From positions 2,208,001 to 2,272,000 of the forward strand of contig OY970355.1 of assembly GCA_963718525.1 (NCBI GenBank): 64,000 bases of DNA, in the 5' to 3' direction. This stretch comes from Candidatus Dormiibacterota bacterium. GTDB lineage: Bacteria > Chloroflexota > Dormibacteria > Aeolococcales > Aeolococcaceae. Below, piece after piece: positions 31,835 to 41,365 of the stretch. How positions within the stretch are numbered: position 1 is the stretch's first letter; every line of letters starts with the position of its first letter. A program made the position numbers and the translations under genes. Under the pieces are notes generated by a model. It saw only the letters and a list, made by a program, of their open reading frames with translations. It made no database searches and was not told the DNA's origin.

Positions 31835-32701
31835 CTAGCTACGCCGGCCGGTCACGCGGTCAAGCGTGAGGAGGGTAAGGTCAGCGACGTTGCAGGCCTC
31901 ACGTACGACCATGAGCGCCATCTCGGTAGTGACGCCGGTCGGCAAGGTGCGGCCATGGCCGGCTCCTTCAAGACCGCGCAACTTGTTGACTTGGTCGGCG
32001 ATGGTCCAGGAACTCTGGAGGATTGCCTTGATATTGGTCGCTCCTACGCGGGTGGTGTCCACTTGGGAAGGAAGCAACCCGAGCCGGTCGCGAGCGAGAT
32101 GCCAAAGTGGGTTGAAGTCGGCATTTGCGGGCGCAGGGAAATCCATCTCCTGAAGAACGAATTTAGCGACCGCCTCGAGCAAGTCCTTCGCCGACCCGAG
32201 TAACTGACCCGGATCATCCGCGGCCCGGCGCAAGCGGTCGAGCTGCTCGTCGAGCGCGTCCCTGCGGCCCGGCGCAAGCGGTCGAGCTGCTCGTCGAGCG
32301 CGTCCCTGCCTCCGGTCGCGAGGTCGATGGGCCGATCCGCGTCAAAACGCCGTCGTCGGACAGGATCAGCCAGCGCGACGGAACGCCTGCTGAGCGATCC
32401 GGACGGCAGCCGGGTCATGGGTTTCGCTCGCCTTGTCGAAGCAACCGCATACCCGAAGTTCGACCAGGATTGCCTCAACTAAGCTTCGCGCGCGACGTGG
32501 CCGTCGGATAGCTGCAGTCAGGACCGTGTGGACACGTGTTTGTTTGTTCGGTGTTTGCGTTGCCCGTGAGTAGGGATCGGCGTCGCCATATCCCGCCCCG
32601 GCCACAAAACGGCTGATGGTGGGGTGTGAAGGGCCCGCGCCGCCATAGAAGAAGCGCGCCAATGCAACCGCAACTCCGTCACTCACAGGAGCTTCGCCCA
32701 T
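31835..32701 (-). pseudogene. Abortive infection family protein (Abi_C-like), frameshifted
   Basis: N-part MGEAPVSDG...FRRAG and C-part LGSAKDLLEAVAK...LRGLEGAGHGR are separated by indels near 32330 and 32367 and a 44-bp duplication. Confidence 0.7.
32220..32307. repeat. Perfect 44-bp tandem duplication
   Basis: GCGGCCCGGCGCAAGCGGTCGAGCTGCTCGTCGAGCGCGTCCCT x2. Confidence 0.95.
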
Positions 32702-33136
32702 GGCTTCATTCTCCCTCGTGGTTGGCCGCTGGCATCGAGCCGAGCGATCGTCCCAAAAGTAGTTGCGGCGAATCACGACCGGTCGAGCCGACTTGCGGGG
32801 AAGGCGGGTTTCGATGGTGGAGCAGGGCGCCATGTCAACTCCCTTGAGAAGCGAGCTTGGTCTCGCTACGGCCAGGGTCGGAATACGAACCAGCATTGAC
32901 CTGGGGACCAGGTTTCGGGGCTCTGCACGAGGCGCGATACGACGTTTGTTCGTTGAAAGTCGGCTGGCGTCCAGGCGGGATTCGGACTTAGACGCTACCG
33001 AACGGCGGCCCATGGGTCCTGTCACCGGACCCGCAGCGGCCAAGAGTTTGACGGCGCCGACGGTCACTTCGGCGCGCGGGATGCCCGCGGACGAACGATC
33101 AGCCCGGAAGAGGCGATCAGTTCGGGGGGCGCTGGC

Positions 33137-33343
33137 TGTCGAAGCGAATCCACCGGATTCCAACAAGCACGATCTAGCCGTCATTCCAACCATTTCCCGA
33201 CGAAAGCCCTCCAACTCGAACTCAATCCGCATCGGGAAATAAGGACTAGTCTGGGGGACCAGGAGTAGCAGGTTCGAGTCCTGTCTCCCCGATTCGCAGC
33301 CCTTTGCAGGGCAGTGCAGCCTTGTCCAGCCAATTCCACCCCC
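33137..33343 (+). repeat. att-like junction J4; type A right arm interrupted by IS256
   Basis: Left arm + core 33246-33292 + TTCGCAGCCCTTTGCAGG; remainder of arm resumes after the IS. Confidence 0.9.
33246..33292 (+). tRNA. tRNA-Pro(GGG) 3' fragment
   Basis: CTAGTCTGGGGGACCAGGAGTAGCAGGTTCGAGTCCTGTCTCCCCGA. Confidence 0.82.
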
Positions 33344-34539
33344 AGTGATGTCCCGTAGTGTGGTGTAAATCCGGGGTGACCCCAGCGCTGCCGACGAGGT
33401 AGACAAAGAAGGCCACCGCGGAGTTCTCTTGGAAGCTCTTACCCAAACCAGGAGACCCACGATGGCCCAGAACAGGATGATGCCCCCGGCACTGCTCGAG
33501 CAACTCCAGGGCGCAGACACGGACGTGTTGCGGCGCGTCCTCGAACACGCTATGCAGCGCTTGATCGAAGCCGAGGCGTCCACCCAGATCGGCGCCGGCC
33601 CGCACGAGCGAGCTTCAACGCGCACCACGTACCGCAACGGCTATCGGGAGCGGATCCTCGACACCGGCTCGGGACGCCTCGAGCTGCAGATCCCCAAGCT
33701 GCGCACGGGGAGCTTCTTCCCGACCTTGCTCGAGCCGCGACGGCGTATTGATCGGGCCCTGCTGGCGGCGGTCCAGGAGGCCTACGTGCTCGGCATCAGC
33801 ACTCGCAAGGTCGACGATCTCATGGCTGCGCTGGGCGGCTGCAGCATCAGTCGCAGCGAGGTGAGCAGGATCTGCGCCCTGCTCGACGAGGAGCTCGCCG
33901 AGTTCCGGGAGCGCCCCCTCGATGAGCCGTACCCGTACGTGTGGTTCGACGCCACGTACGAGAAGGTGCGTCAGGGCGCCCGCATCGTCAGCCAGGCGGC
34001 GGTGGTGGCGGTGGGCGTGCGCGACACCGGCGAGAAGAGCGTGCTCGGCCTCGCCATTGGTGCCAGCGAGACCGAGGCCTTCTGGCTGGAGTTCTGCCGC
34101 AGCCTGGCCCGGCGCGGGCTGAGCGGCGTACAGCTGGTCATCTCCGACGCCCACGAAGGGCTGCGCAGTGCCTTGTCCCAGGTGTTCGCCGGCGCGACCT
34201 GGCAGCGCTGCAAGGTGCACTTCCTCCGCAACGTGGCCAGCGCGGTCCCCAAGCTGCACGCGCCGGCGGTGCTCGCGGTGGTGAAGTCGATCTTCCTGCA
34301 GCCCACTCGCGAGACTTCCCGTGACGCCGTGAACCACGCGCTCAGCGTCTTGGAGCCACGCTTCCCAACTGTGGCTGCCAAGCTCCGCGCCGCTGAGGCC
34401 GATGTGCTCGCCTATCTGGACTTCCCGGTCGACCACTGGCGCTCGATCTCTTCGACCAATGCCATCGAGCGCGTCAACGCCGAGCTCGATCGTCGCGCCA
34501 AGGTGGTGGGCATCTTCCTGCGTCTGTACGCTCTCCCGT

Positions 34540-34720
34540 GGCAGTGGCGGAAGCACCGCTGTTGCTGCGAGGCTCCCGTGGGGCCGAGGGTGACCCGGCA
34601 TTTTTCTGTCGAGCCCTCGGGCTCTGACCTGGTTAGGGCCAGTCCCCTCGGTCTTCGCGGGTGGCCGAGTGACCTCATAGCGGCGTGAATACTGAACGGC
34701 AGGAATGTCCGAGGCCATCC
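34540..34720 (+). ncRNA. Predicted IS110 bridge RNA
   Basis: 5' hairpin, target-binding loop and donor-binding loop with guide segments matching the target and the element ends (see findings); ends approximate. Confidence 0.72.
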
Positions 34721-34746
34721 ACCCATCAACACCACGGAGGGTCGGC

Positions 34747-35802
34747 ATGGTCATCATCGGCATCGATTGCCACACAAGGGTTCATGTGGCTGCAGCCATT
34801 GACGGATCGGGGCAGGTCTGTGCGCGCTTCACAGCGGGTGCCAAGGCTGAGGAGCTCGAAGCGCTCACAAGGTGGGCGTGCCAACAAGCAGCCGGCCTGA
34901 TCGCCGTCGAGGGCGCACGAGGCTTTGGCCTCGCGCTCACTCGATGCCTCCTCGCCGCTGGCTTGGAGGTCGTCGATGTCCCAACGCACATGACCGCTGA
35001 CGGGCGCCGTCAGAGCCGCCGTCCGGGAAAGGACGATGAGAGCGATGCGGTGGTCATCGCGCGAGTTGCACTACGTGAACACGACCTGCCGCGGTTGCGT
35101 CCGGCGCATCTTGACTCGGATCTCAAACTGCTGGTGGACGCACGCGATCAGGTTGTTGCAGAAGGCACTCGTGTACGCAACCGGCTGCATGCGCTGCTGC
35201 TCACCGTGTCGCCCGGCTACCGCGATCACACCGGCGCTCTGTCGAGCAAGCGCGCACTCATCGTCGCTCGTCGCTTGGTGCTCCGAGCACGAGCGGCAGA
35301 TCCGGTTCGCTGCCGCCTGGCCCTTGCAGCCATTCGCCAACTCCACGCCATCGATGCTGAAGCAGCCGGGCTGGAGGGCGAGATCAAACAAGCCGTGAGC
35401 GCAAGGCACCCGAAGCAGCTGCTCGCCATTTGCGGTGTGAGCACGCTGGTGGCCGGCAAGCTCCTCGGTGAGGCCCACGACATCACACGCTTCCCGACGG
35501 CGGCGTCGTTCGCAGCCCACGCTGGCGCCGCCCCGCTTCCGGCATCGAGCGGCGTCACGCGGCGACACCGTCTCAACCGAGGCGGCAACCGTCAACTCAA
35601 CCGAGCCCTCTTCACGATCGCCATGGTGCAGGCACGCTGGCACCCTGGAGCGGTCGCCTATCTGGAGCGAAAACGTGGCGAAGGCAAGCGACCCGCCGAA
35701 GCGCGACGCTGCCTCATGCGCCACCTTGCGGGTGTCGTCCACCGCGCCATGTTCCTCGACGCGACCGCGGTCAGCGCGAGTTCGGCCATGCCTGCCGCTT
35801 GA
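34747..35802 (+). CDS. IS110 family transposase / bridge recombinase
   Basis: DEDD RuvC (IGIDCH, AVEG, KDDESDA), C-terminal APLPASSG and RGGNRQLNRAL; GGAGG RBS before ATG 34747. Confidence 0.93.
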   Translation: MVIIGIDCHTRVHVAAAIDGSGQVCARFTAGAKAEELEALTRWACQQAAGLIAVEGARGFGLALTRCLLAAGLEVVDVPTHMTADGRRQSRRPGKDDESDAVVIARVALREHDLPRLRPAHLDSDLKLLVDARDQVVAEGTRVRNRLHALLLTVSPGYRDHTGALSSKRALIVARRLVLRARAADPVRCRLALAAIRQLHAIDAEAAGLEGEIKQAVSARHPKQLLAICGVSTLVAGKLLGEAHDITRFPTAASFAAHAGAAPLPASSGVTRRHRLNRGGNRQLNRALFTIAMVQARWHPGAVAYLERKRGEGKRPAEARRCLMRHLAGVVHRAMFLDATAVSASSAMPAA

Positions 35803-36044
35803 CATAGCGGCGCCCCAACAGCGCCTCACTGCTGCGGCTGTTCACCGCGGTGCTCCAGGACCAGCACGACGAGTGGCAGGACGGCCGCCGTCACTTCAGT
35901 CAGCAGTCGATGGCTCGCGTTTTGCACCCCGACGGTCCGCCCTTGCTCACCAACCCACTCACGGAGGGACTGGTCGCGTAGTTCACCGACGTTGTGAGAA
36001 CTCCACCGAATTCACACCACTACCGGGGACTTGACCCCACCCCC

Positions 36045-36122
36045 TTCCAACTTTCGGGGATCAGTCACTGTGCAGGGACTAGTCCTTATTCGCTAATTGA
36101 TGGCCTTTCCTGCAAAACCACT
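36045..36122 (+). repeat. Distal part of the J4 type A right arm
   Basis: GGGACTAGTCCTTATT...ATTGATG...TTTCCTGCAAAACCACT aligns with J1 4971-5018. Confidence 0.85.
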
Positions 36123-36342
36123 CTAATGTCGTGCGGCCAAACGGCGATGTCCCGAGCGGGGCGCGACGCTCGCTTCGGGCCATTGCTTGGCGCGCCGCGG
36201 TCGGAAATGCGGCTGCGACTGAACATCCGTTCACCCGGATTGAACGCCTTGATGAGTGACGCCAAGGCGACCGGAGTGATGCTCTAGCAACCGGCCCTAC
36301 CGTACTCGGCCTTAATCGGCGGCGAGAGCAAAGGAGGTAATC

Positions 36343-38037
36343 ATGGAACCTCACGATTGCCACCGGATCTGGAGGGGCAGGTCGCGTAAGTTCGCGGCTC
36401 TGGCCGCGGTAATGTTGGGGTCGGCGGTGGTGGGCGCAAGACCTGCCTCGGCGACGACATTCACTGTGTGCGGCAGTGGATGTGCTTACAGTCAGATTGG
36501 TGCTGCGGTCGCAGCTGCGAGCAGGGGCGACACAGTGAGCATCGGCCCTGGCAAATACGTCGGCGGTTTCACGATCGACCAAAGCGTGAGCCTCGTCGGC
36601 GCTGGCGCCCATGAGACGACGATCAGCGGCGGGGGGCCGGTGATCACGGTCGGGAAGTTCGGGGCCAAGACTGAGCCCACAGTCGCGCTCCGCGACCTAA
36701 CGATCACCGGTGGCGTGACGGCGTCGAGCCCGGTGTCGATTGCGTATGTCGCCAAAGCAGGAGTGCTTGCCCTAGGAGGGGGTATCTTCGTCCCGCCCGC
36801 CGCAAAGTTCGCCGCGGGCGCGACTTTCACGGTCAGCGACAGCGTCATCACGGGCAATATCGCCGCAGCGACCGCGTCCGTCGACGCCGGCTTCTCATGT
36901 GGGACGCACGACTGCCGATTCGCCATAGCCGGCGGTGGCGGGATCGACAACTGGGGCCTTCTGACGGTCGAGAACACGATCGTCAGCAACAACGAGTTGG
37001 CAGGAGCGGTCACGAGTGACGCCGACGGAGCCGGTATTTACACGCAGCAAGGCGCAATCACCCTGAAGAACAGCGTCGTGACCGGCAACCGTGCGATGGC
37101 GATCGCTCCGGACGGCCGCTTTGCCGAGGGCGCGGGCATCATGGTCGACACGACCTTCTCGGCCGGAGCTTGCACGCCCTGCACCCTGTCTGTTCAAAAC
37201 AGCATCGTGCGCGACAACAACTCAAGTCTCGTCAACAACACTCTGCCTTCCTCCGTGGGAGCGCAGTCTGGGATGAATGCCAACGCCGGCGGCATACATG
37301 TGGGTGACGGCATTCCCACGACGGTCAAGAACACGGCGATCGATGACAACTCAGCGACTGCAATCGATCGACGAGGCGAGGCGCTCGGCATCGACGCCGG
37401 CATGATCGTCGGGTACAGTCCGCTCATCATGCAGAACACTCAGATCGACGACAACCGGTCGACGACGACAGTGCTGACTTCGACCGATGTGGGGCCAGCA
37501 GGCAGCGCTCTCGAACTCGATGGGGGCGGCACGATCAGCGGCACGAGCATCGATGACAACCTCGCGATCTCAACAAGTTCGGGTGGCTTAGCCGACACGA
37601 ACGGTGGCTTGGCCATTTTCTACTTTGGCAATCTCGGCGGGGCGCAGCTAGTGACCGTGCGAGACAGTGATATCAGCGGCAATGTCACCGAGTCGTTCAG
37701 CAAGACAGGCTCAGCCCAGATCGAGGGCGGTGCGGTCTTCAACAACAGCTTGCTCGTGATGCGCAACGATCGCGTGAGCGACAACGTCGGGCGAGCGGAG
37801 GCGCCGACCGGTGTGGCCCAAGGGGGAGGCACCTGGAACGGGGTCGACGCGAGCACGGGCGCCAGCCCTCCGGCTCAGCTGACCCTCGAGAACACGAGCG
37901 TCACCCACAACGCCCTCGAAGGAGGCGCAGGCGTGACTCTTCAAGGCGGTGGCATCTTCACGGAGTCTCCGGCAACGCTCACGCTCACCAACACGCAAAT
38001 CGCGTTCAACCGCCCGGACCAGTGCTTCGGGTGCTGA
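36343..38037 (+). CDS. Secreted right-handed beta-helix (pectin-lyase-like) protein
   Basis: Signal peptide ending PASA; repeated GGGI and S-x-I-x-x-N motifs; GGAGGT RBS. Confidence 0.75.
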   Translation: MEPHDCHRIWRGRSRKFAALAAVMLGSAVVGARPASATTFTVCGSGCAYSQIGAAVAAASRGDTVSIGPGKYVGGFTIDQSVSLVGAGAHETTISGGGPVITVGKFGAKTEPTVALRDLTITGGVTASSPVSIAYVAKAGVLALGGGIFVPPAAKFAAGATFTVSDSVITGNIAAATASVDAGFSCGTHDCRFAIAGGGGIDNWGLLTVENTIVSNNELAGAVTSDADGAGIYTQQGAITLKNSVVTGNRAMAIAPDGRFAEGAGIMVDTTFSAGACTPCTLSVQNSIVRDNNSSLVNNTLPSSVGAQSGMNANAGGIHVGDGIPTTVKNTAIDDNSATAIDRRGEALGIDAGMIVGYSPLIMQNTQIDDNRSTTTVLTSTDVGPAGSALELDGGGTISGTSIDDNLAISTSSGGLADTNGGLAIFYFGNLGGAQLVTVRDSDISGNVTESFSKTGSAQIEGGAVFNNSLLVMRNDRVSDNVGRAEAPTGVAQGGGTWNGVDASTGASPPAQLTLENTSVTHNALEGGAGVTLQGGGIFTESPATLTLTNTQIAFNRPDQCFGC

Positions 38038-38212
38038 CGGGCGGCCGGCCAACCGCGTGAGCCAGTCCGACTCGCGCGCACCGCGGCGATGGGCAGCGCT
38101 CGCCGGAATTTGCCGCGACATGTTCATGCGGAGCTGGGCCTCGGTGCGACCACAGGAGGACCGTAGTTGTCGGCGCAAATCCGGAAGTGACGGTTCAAGA
38201 GGGGAACTTGCT

Positions 38213-39058
38213 TTGAAAGCGGCTGGGGCTACCGCGGTCGCGGTGCTGCTCGCGCTAGTGACGTCTGCGTGCGGTGGCACAGCCTCAAGCGAGTCATCGT
38301 CGAGCCACGCTCAGCCGGACACGTTGCAGAGGGTGACGTCCACCCTGGACGGCGAGACGACCATTCCTCTCCGGACCCGGTGGATCGCGACACCCCAGCC
38401 GGCTGGCGCCCCAGTGACCGGGGTGGACTTCCTGATCGATGGGAAGCTGATCTGGACCGAACAGTCTGCTCCATATGTCTTTGGGGGCGACGACAATGGC
38501 ACCAATCTCGGCTTCCTGATCACCACTTGGCTTTCGCCCGGCGTGCACACTTTCACCGCTCGTGCCACGGGTGTTGCCGGTAAGACCGTCTCCGATGATG
38601 TGACTGCTAGCGTTGCCGCAGCGCCCGCGCCACCCGCCGCGCTCAAAGGAACCTGGACGCGAACCGTGACCCAGCCAGACATCGAACATGCGGGTGTCAC
38701 CGAAGGGCCGCCGCCGACCGGCCAGTGGCACCTCGTCTTCGATCAGATCGGCGCTTGGGAACTCGACCCCCTCGGTTCCGGCGTCGGGAGCCAGTATGAG
38801 GCTCAGGGCGACACGCTCAACGTCTACGCACCCATTCAGGAAGCGCCGTTCAGTAACGGAATCGGGGGGATCAGCATGTACGGTCACCGCGATCTTGGTG
38901 GGACGGACTGCAACGCGTCGGGGCCGTTCGGTTCCTATCGCTGGTCGGTCGCGGGCAACAAGCTGACCTTGTCTGTGATCAATGAAGGGTGCCCCAACCG
39001 GCAAGCAATCTGGGAAGGTGTCTGGAGCCTTGAGAGCCCGACGACACCTCCGACCTGA
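38213..39058 (+). CDS. Putative lipoprotein with Ig-like domain
   Basis: Lipobox TSAC; VDFLIDGK...APY...SPGVHTFTARA; TTG start inferred. Confidence 0.65.
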   Translation: MKAAGATAVAVLLALVTSACGGTASSESSSSHAQPDTLQRVTSTLDGETTIPLRTRWIATPQPAGAPVTGVDFLIDGKLIWTEQSAPYVFGGDDNGTNLGFLITTWLSPGVHTFTARATGVAGKTVSDDVTASVAAAPAPPAALKGTWTRTVTQPDIEHAGVTEGPPPTGQWHLVFDQIGAWELDPLGSGVGSQYEAQGDTLNVYAPIQEAPFSNGIGGISMYGHRDLGGTDCNASGPFGSYRWSVAGNKLTLSVINEGCPNRQAIWEGVWSLESPTTPPT

Positions 39059-39212
39059 ACCACGTAGACCGGCGGAGGAGGGCGCGGTTGGCGAGAGAAC
39101 TCGAGCAGCCCGTGAGCAGCCCATTGGCGGCGATGGTAGCCACCCGGCGAGTCTCTGCACACTGGACAACGCGCCTCGGCAATTGCGGTTACCGCGTGTC
39201 GCTTCCTCAACC

Positions 39213-39288
39213 GAGTGCAAGTTCGGAGCCGTCAGCGCCTGACGCGAACGGAGTGCAAGTTCGGAGCCGTCAGCGCCTGACGCGAACG
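39213..39288. repeat. Perfect 38-bp tandem duplication
   Basis: GAGTGCAAGTTCGGAGCCGTCAGCGCCTGACGCGAACG x2. Confidence 0.95.
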
Positions 39289-39559
39289 GGCGTCTCCGTG
39301 AGTTCTGTGGCGCTTCGTTTACCGACTGCTAGCCACGGACGGGATCATGGCCGAGGGTGGCTTGACCGATCCCCCGGCTCACGTCTGCCGTCACGAAGAC
39401 CGGCGAGAGCAGCAATCCCCACAGGAGCTTCCTGTCACCAGCCTCATGGCGAACTGAGGGCTGACGCCGGCGGTTGACTCGCCGAGCACGATGCTCATGC
39501 TCAAGAGTGTGGAGCGGGAGAGGAGCGCTATCGGCTTCGGCCTTAAGCGTGCCTGTTGA

Positions 39560-39835
39560 TTTCTTCGCGAATCAAATGGATTCCAATAGCCACGGTCTAG
39601 TCGTCATTCCAACCAATTCGCTACGAAAGCCCTCTAAGTCGAACTCACCCTGAATCAGGAAATAAGGACTGGTCTGGGGGACCAGGGGTCGCAGGTTCGA
39701 GTCCTGTCTCCCCGACGGACGCGCAAGTTGAATTCACAGCGAGCGGTTGCGCGGCGCGTCAGGCGCCCGTTCGGTTAGCGGGGTATACTGGTCTAGTCAG
39801 GAACAATGCCTTTCCCTGCAAAAGGCCTTATTACC
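39560..39835 (+). repeat. att-like junction J5 (type B right arm)
   Basis: Left arm CTAGTCGTCATTCCAACC; core 39669-39715; CGGACGCGCAAGTTGAATTCACAGCGAGCG...CCTGCAAAAGGC. Confidence 0.9.
39669..39715 (+). tRNA. tRNA-Pro(GGG) 3' fragment
   Basis: Identical to the J1 core. Confidence 0.88.
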
Positions 39836-40030
39836 GACGACCGGGTCCGGATTCCGCTGCTGATAGAGCGGGATTGTGGCACCCCAGCGCATACACATCG
39901 CTTACAGTTTCTGGCGATTGCCGTTTGGCTTGGAGGAGTTAGGTCCGAAAGGGTGAATTCGCCGGCTTCGTCGACGAAGCCGTGCATGCGGCCCTTGCTT
40001 TCGCTGTAATAGCCGACCAAGACTCAGGCG

Positions 40031-40441
40031 TTAGGCCTGTGTTCGCCGAATCCGTTCCCGCAGGCTCACGCGTGGGTCGCGCCTGAGAGCCCCAGCCCCT
40101 GCAGCGGCCAGGTGGTGCAGAGTCGACCCGGCCCACAACAGCACAAGCAGTGCCATGAACACGGCGAGCACCACGTCGCTGTTGGTGATCACGGTGACGA
40201 TGCCGGCTCCCACGAGAAGGGCCACCAGAAGACCCGCGATGGCCCGCCACACCCCTGGCTTCGACACAGTGACCGACTCACCTGCAGTGGCGCACGCGAC
40301 CAAGCCGAGCACCAGCCCCGTCGACGCCACGCCACGCGCGTCAGCGATGAATCCCACACCGGAGCCGCCGACCACATCGATGTACAAGACGGCAATCGCC
40401 GCAACGATTAGCGTTGCGATGACATCTCTCACGATTCTCAT
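40031..40441 (-). CDS. Hypothetical 4-TM membrane protein
   Basis: Hydrophobic segments; GGAGGT RBS. Confidence 0.65.
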   Translation of the reverse strand: MRIVRDVIATLIVAAIAVLYIDVVGGSGVGFIADARGVASTGLVLGLVACATAGESVTVSKPGVWRAIAGLLVALLVGAGIVTVITNSDVVLAVFMALLVLLWAGSTLHHLAAAGAGALRRDPRVSLRERIRRTQA

Positions 40442-40527
40442 CGTCACACCTCCGTAAGGACCGAGCCCGAGTTCGATCATCAGTCTCATCGTTGCTCAGG
40501 GTGTCCCAGTCTGACCAGGGCCGAACG

Positions 40528-41304
40528 TCACATTCGGCGGGGTCGAGGGTCGGTTGAGTCGGGCGACCGCAACGATCCAGCCAACAGGGCGGCCGAGGTA
40601 TCCGAAAGCCAATGAGCCGCAGCCAACGGCGCGAGTCGACGCCCGCGAGTCGTGTATACGGCGATGAACGCCGCCGAAACGGGCAGCATCGTCATCGCTC
40701 GCATTACGGCGTAGCGACGCCCTGGGAGAGCGGGTATTACCGTGTGCTGAAGTGCCCAGGCGATCGCTGTGAGCGTTGCTGCCGGGAGCCGCCCGATCCG
40801 GTCCTCGAGTCGCGGGAGTGCATAGCCGAGGTATGTTGCTTGTTCGCTGATACCCCACACAACCGGCCATATCGTGATGCTGTATGCCTTGGTCCATCCG
40901 TGCAGGTGCGCAACGCGGATCTGGGGTGGATACGGATCACCGTCGCTGAGGGGCCGCGACAGAAGTTGACTCGCAAATGTCGCCGGTACGACAAGCGCGA
41001 CGTCAGCCAGCGCCGAACGAAGCGGACGAGGCGGGCGCTCCTCAAAGCCCATCGCCGTCCGCAGCGGGGTGCTCTCCCGGCGAGCCTGTTGGGCCAGGAT
41101 GGCGATACACCCCAGATCCACCAGGGACGTATACGCCATCCAGTACTGCGCCGCGGCTCTCCACGATTGCCGGGACACCTTCCTCTGCAGGATCAAAGCC
41201 GTGATGCCTTGGGCAGCCAAGGACAGCACCGGTCGGCAGACCAGCATCACTAGCGGAACCGCAACAGCGGGGTCGGTGCGATGCGGTGCTTGCGCCGATC
41301 TCAC
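40528..41304 (-). CDS. CPBP (CAAX/Abi) intramembrane protease-like protein
   Basis: ISEQATYLGYALPRL, WALQH, AAHWLSD. Confidence 0.65.
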   Translation of the reverse strand: MRSAQAPHRTDPAVAVPLVMLVCRPVLSLAAQGITALILQRKVSRQSWRAAAQYWMAYTSLVDLGCIAILAQQARRESTPLRTAMGFEERPPRPLRSALADVALVVPATFASQLLSRPLSDGDPYPPQIRVAHLHGWTKAYSITIWPVVWGISEQATYLGYALPRLEDRIGRLPAATLTAIAWALQHTVIPALPGRRYAVMRAMTMLPVSAAFIAVYTTRGRRLAPLAAAHWLSDTSAALLAGSLRSPDSTDPRPRRM

Positions 41305-41365
41305 TGGCGCGATCTGAGGTCATGAATGCTCACGGCTACGAGGAGTCTCGCTTTCATGCGGCTCT

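Larger units (their letters stand above)
34519..35814 (+). mobile_element. IS110 family element
   Basis: Removing it restores TTC-CCC-AAC in the IS256 transposase; shared CC core at both ends; no TIR or long TSD. Confidence 0.9.
33462..35981 (+). pseudogene. IS256 transposase interrupted by IS110
   Basis: RNGYR, VWFDA, VISDAHEGL, WQRCKVHF, STNAIERVN; ...KVVGIF (34517) resumes as PNSASLLRL... (35814-35981). Confidence 0.92.
33344..36036 (+). mobile_element. IS256 family element with nested IS110
   Basis: Imperfect terminal IRs (AGTGATGTCCC...GTGGTGTAAAT vs GGTCAAGTCCC...GTGGTGTGAAT); 8-bp TSD CCACCCCC at 33336-33343 and 36037-36044. Confidence 0.92.

Noticed and set aside
33192-33240. Conserved RNA hairpin in the left arm (ATTTCCCGA/TCGGGAAAT)
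   Set aside because: Perfect only in J4; J3 and J5 lose pairing without compensatory changes, so DNA sites are more likely than RNA structure.
33429-34688. Intact 419-aa IS256 transposase as given in the ORF track
   Set aside because: The residues after VVGIF are read-through into the IS110 left end; the true C-terminus is at 35814-35981.
40500-40530. Possible IS3-like terminal repeat (TGTCC...GAACGTCA)
   Set aside because: No partner repeat or transposase nearby; the resemblance is only impressionistic.
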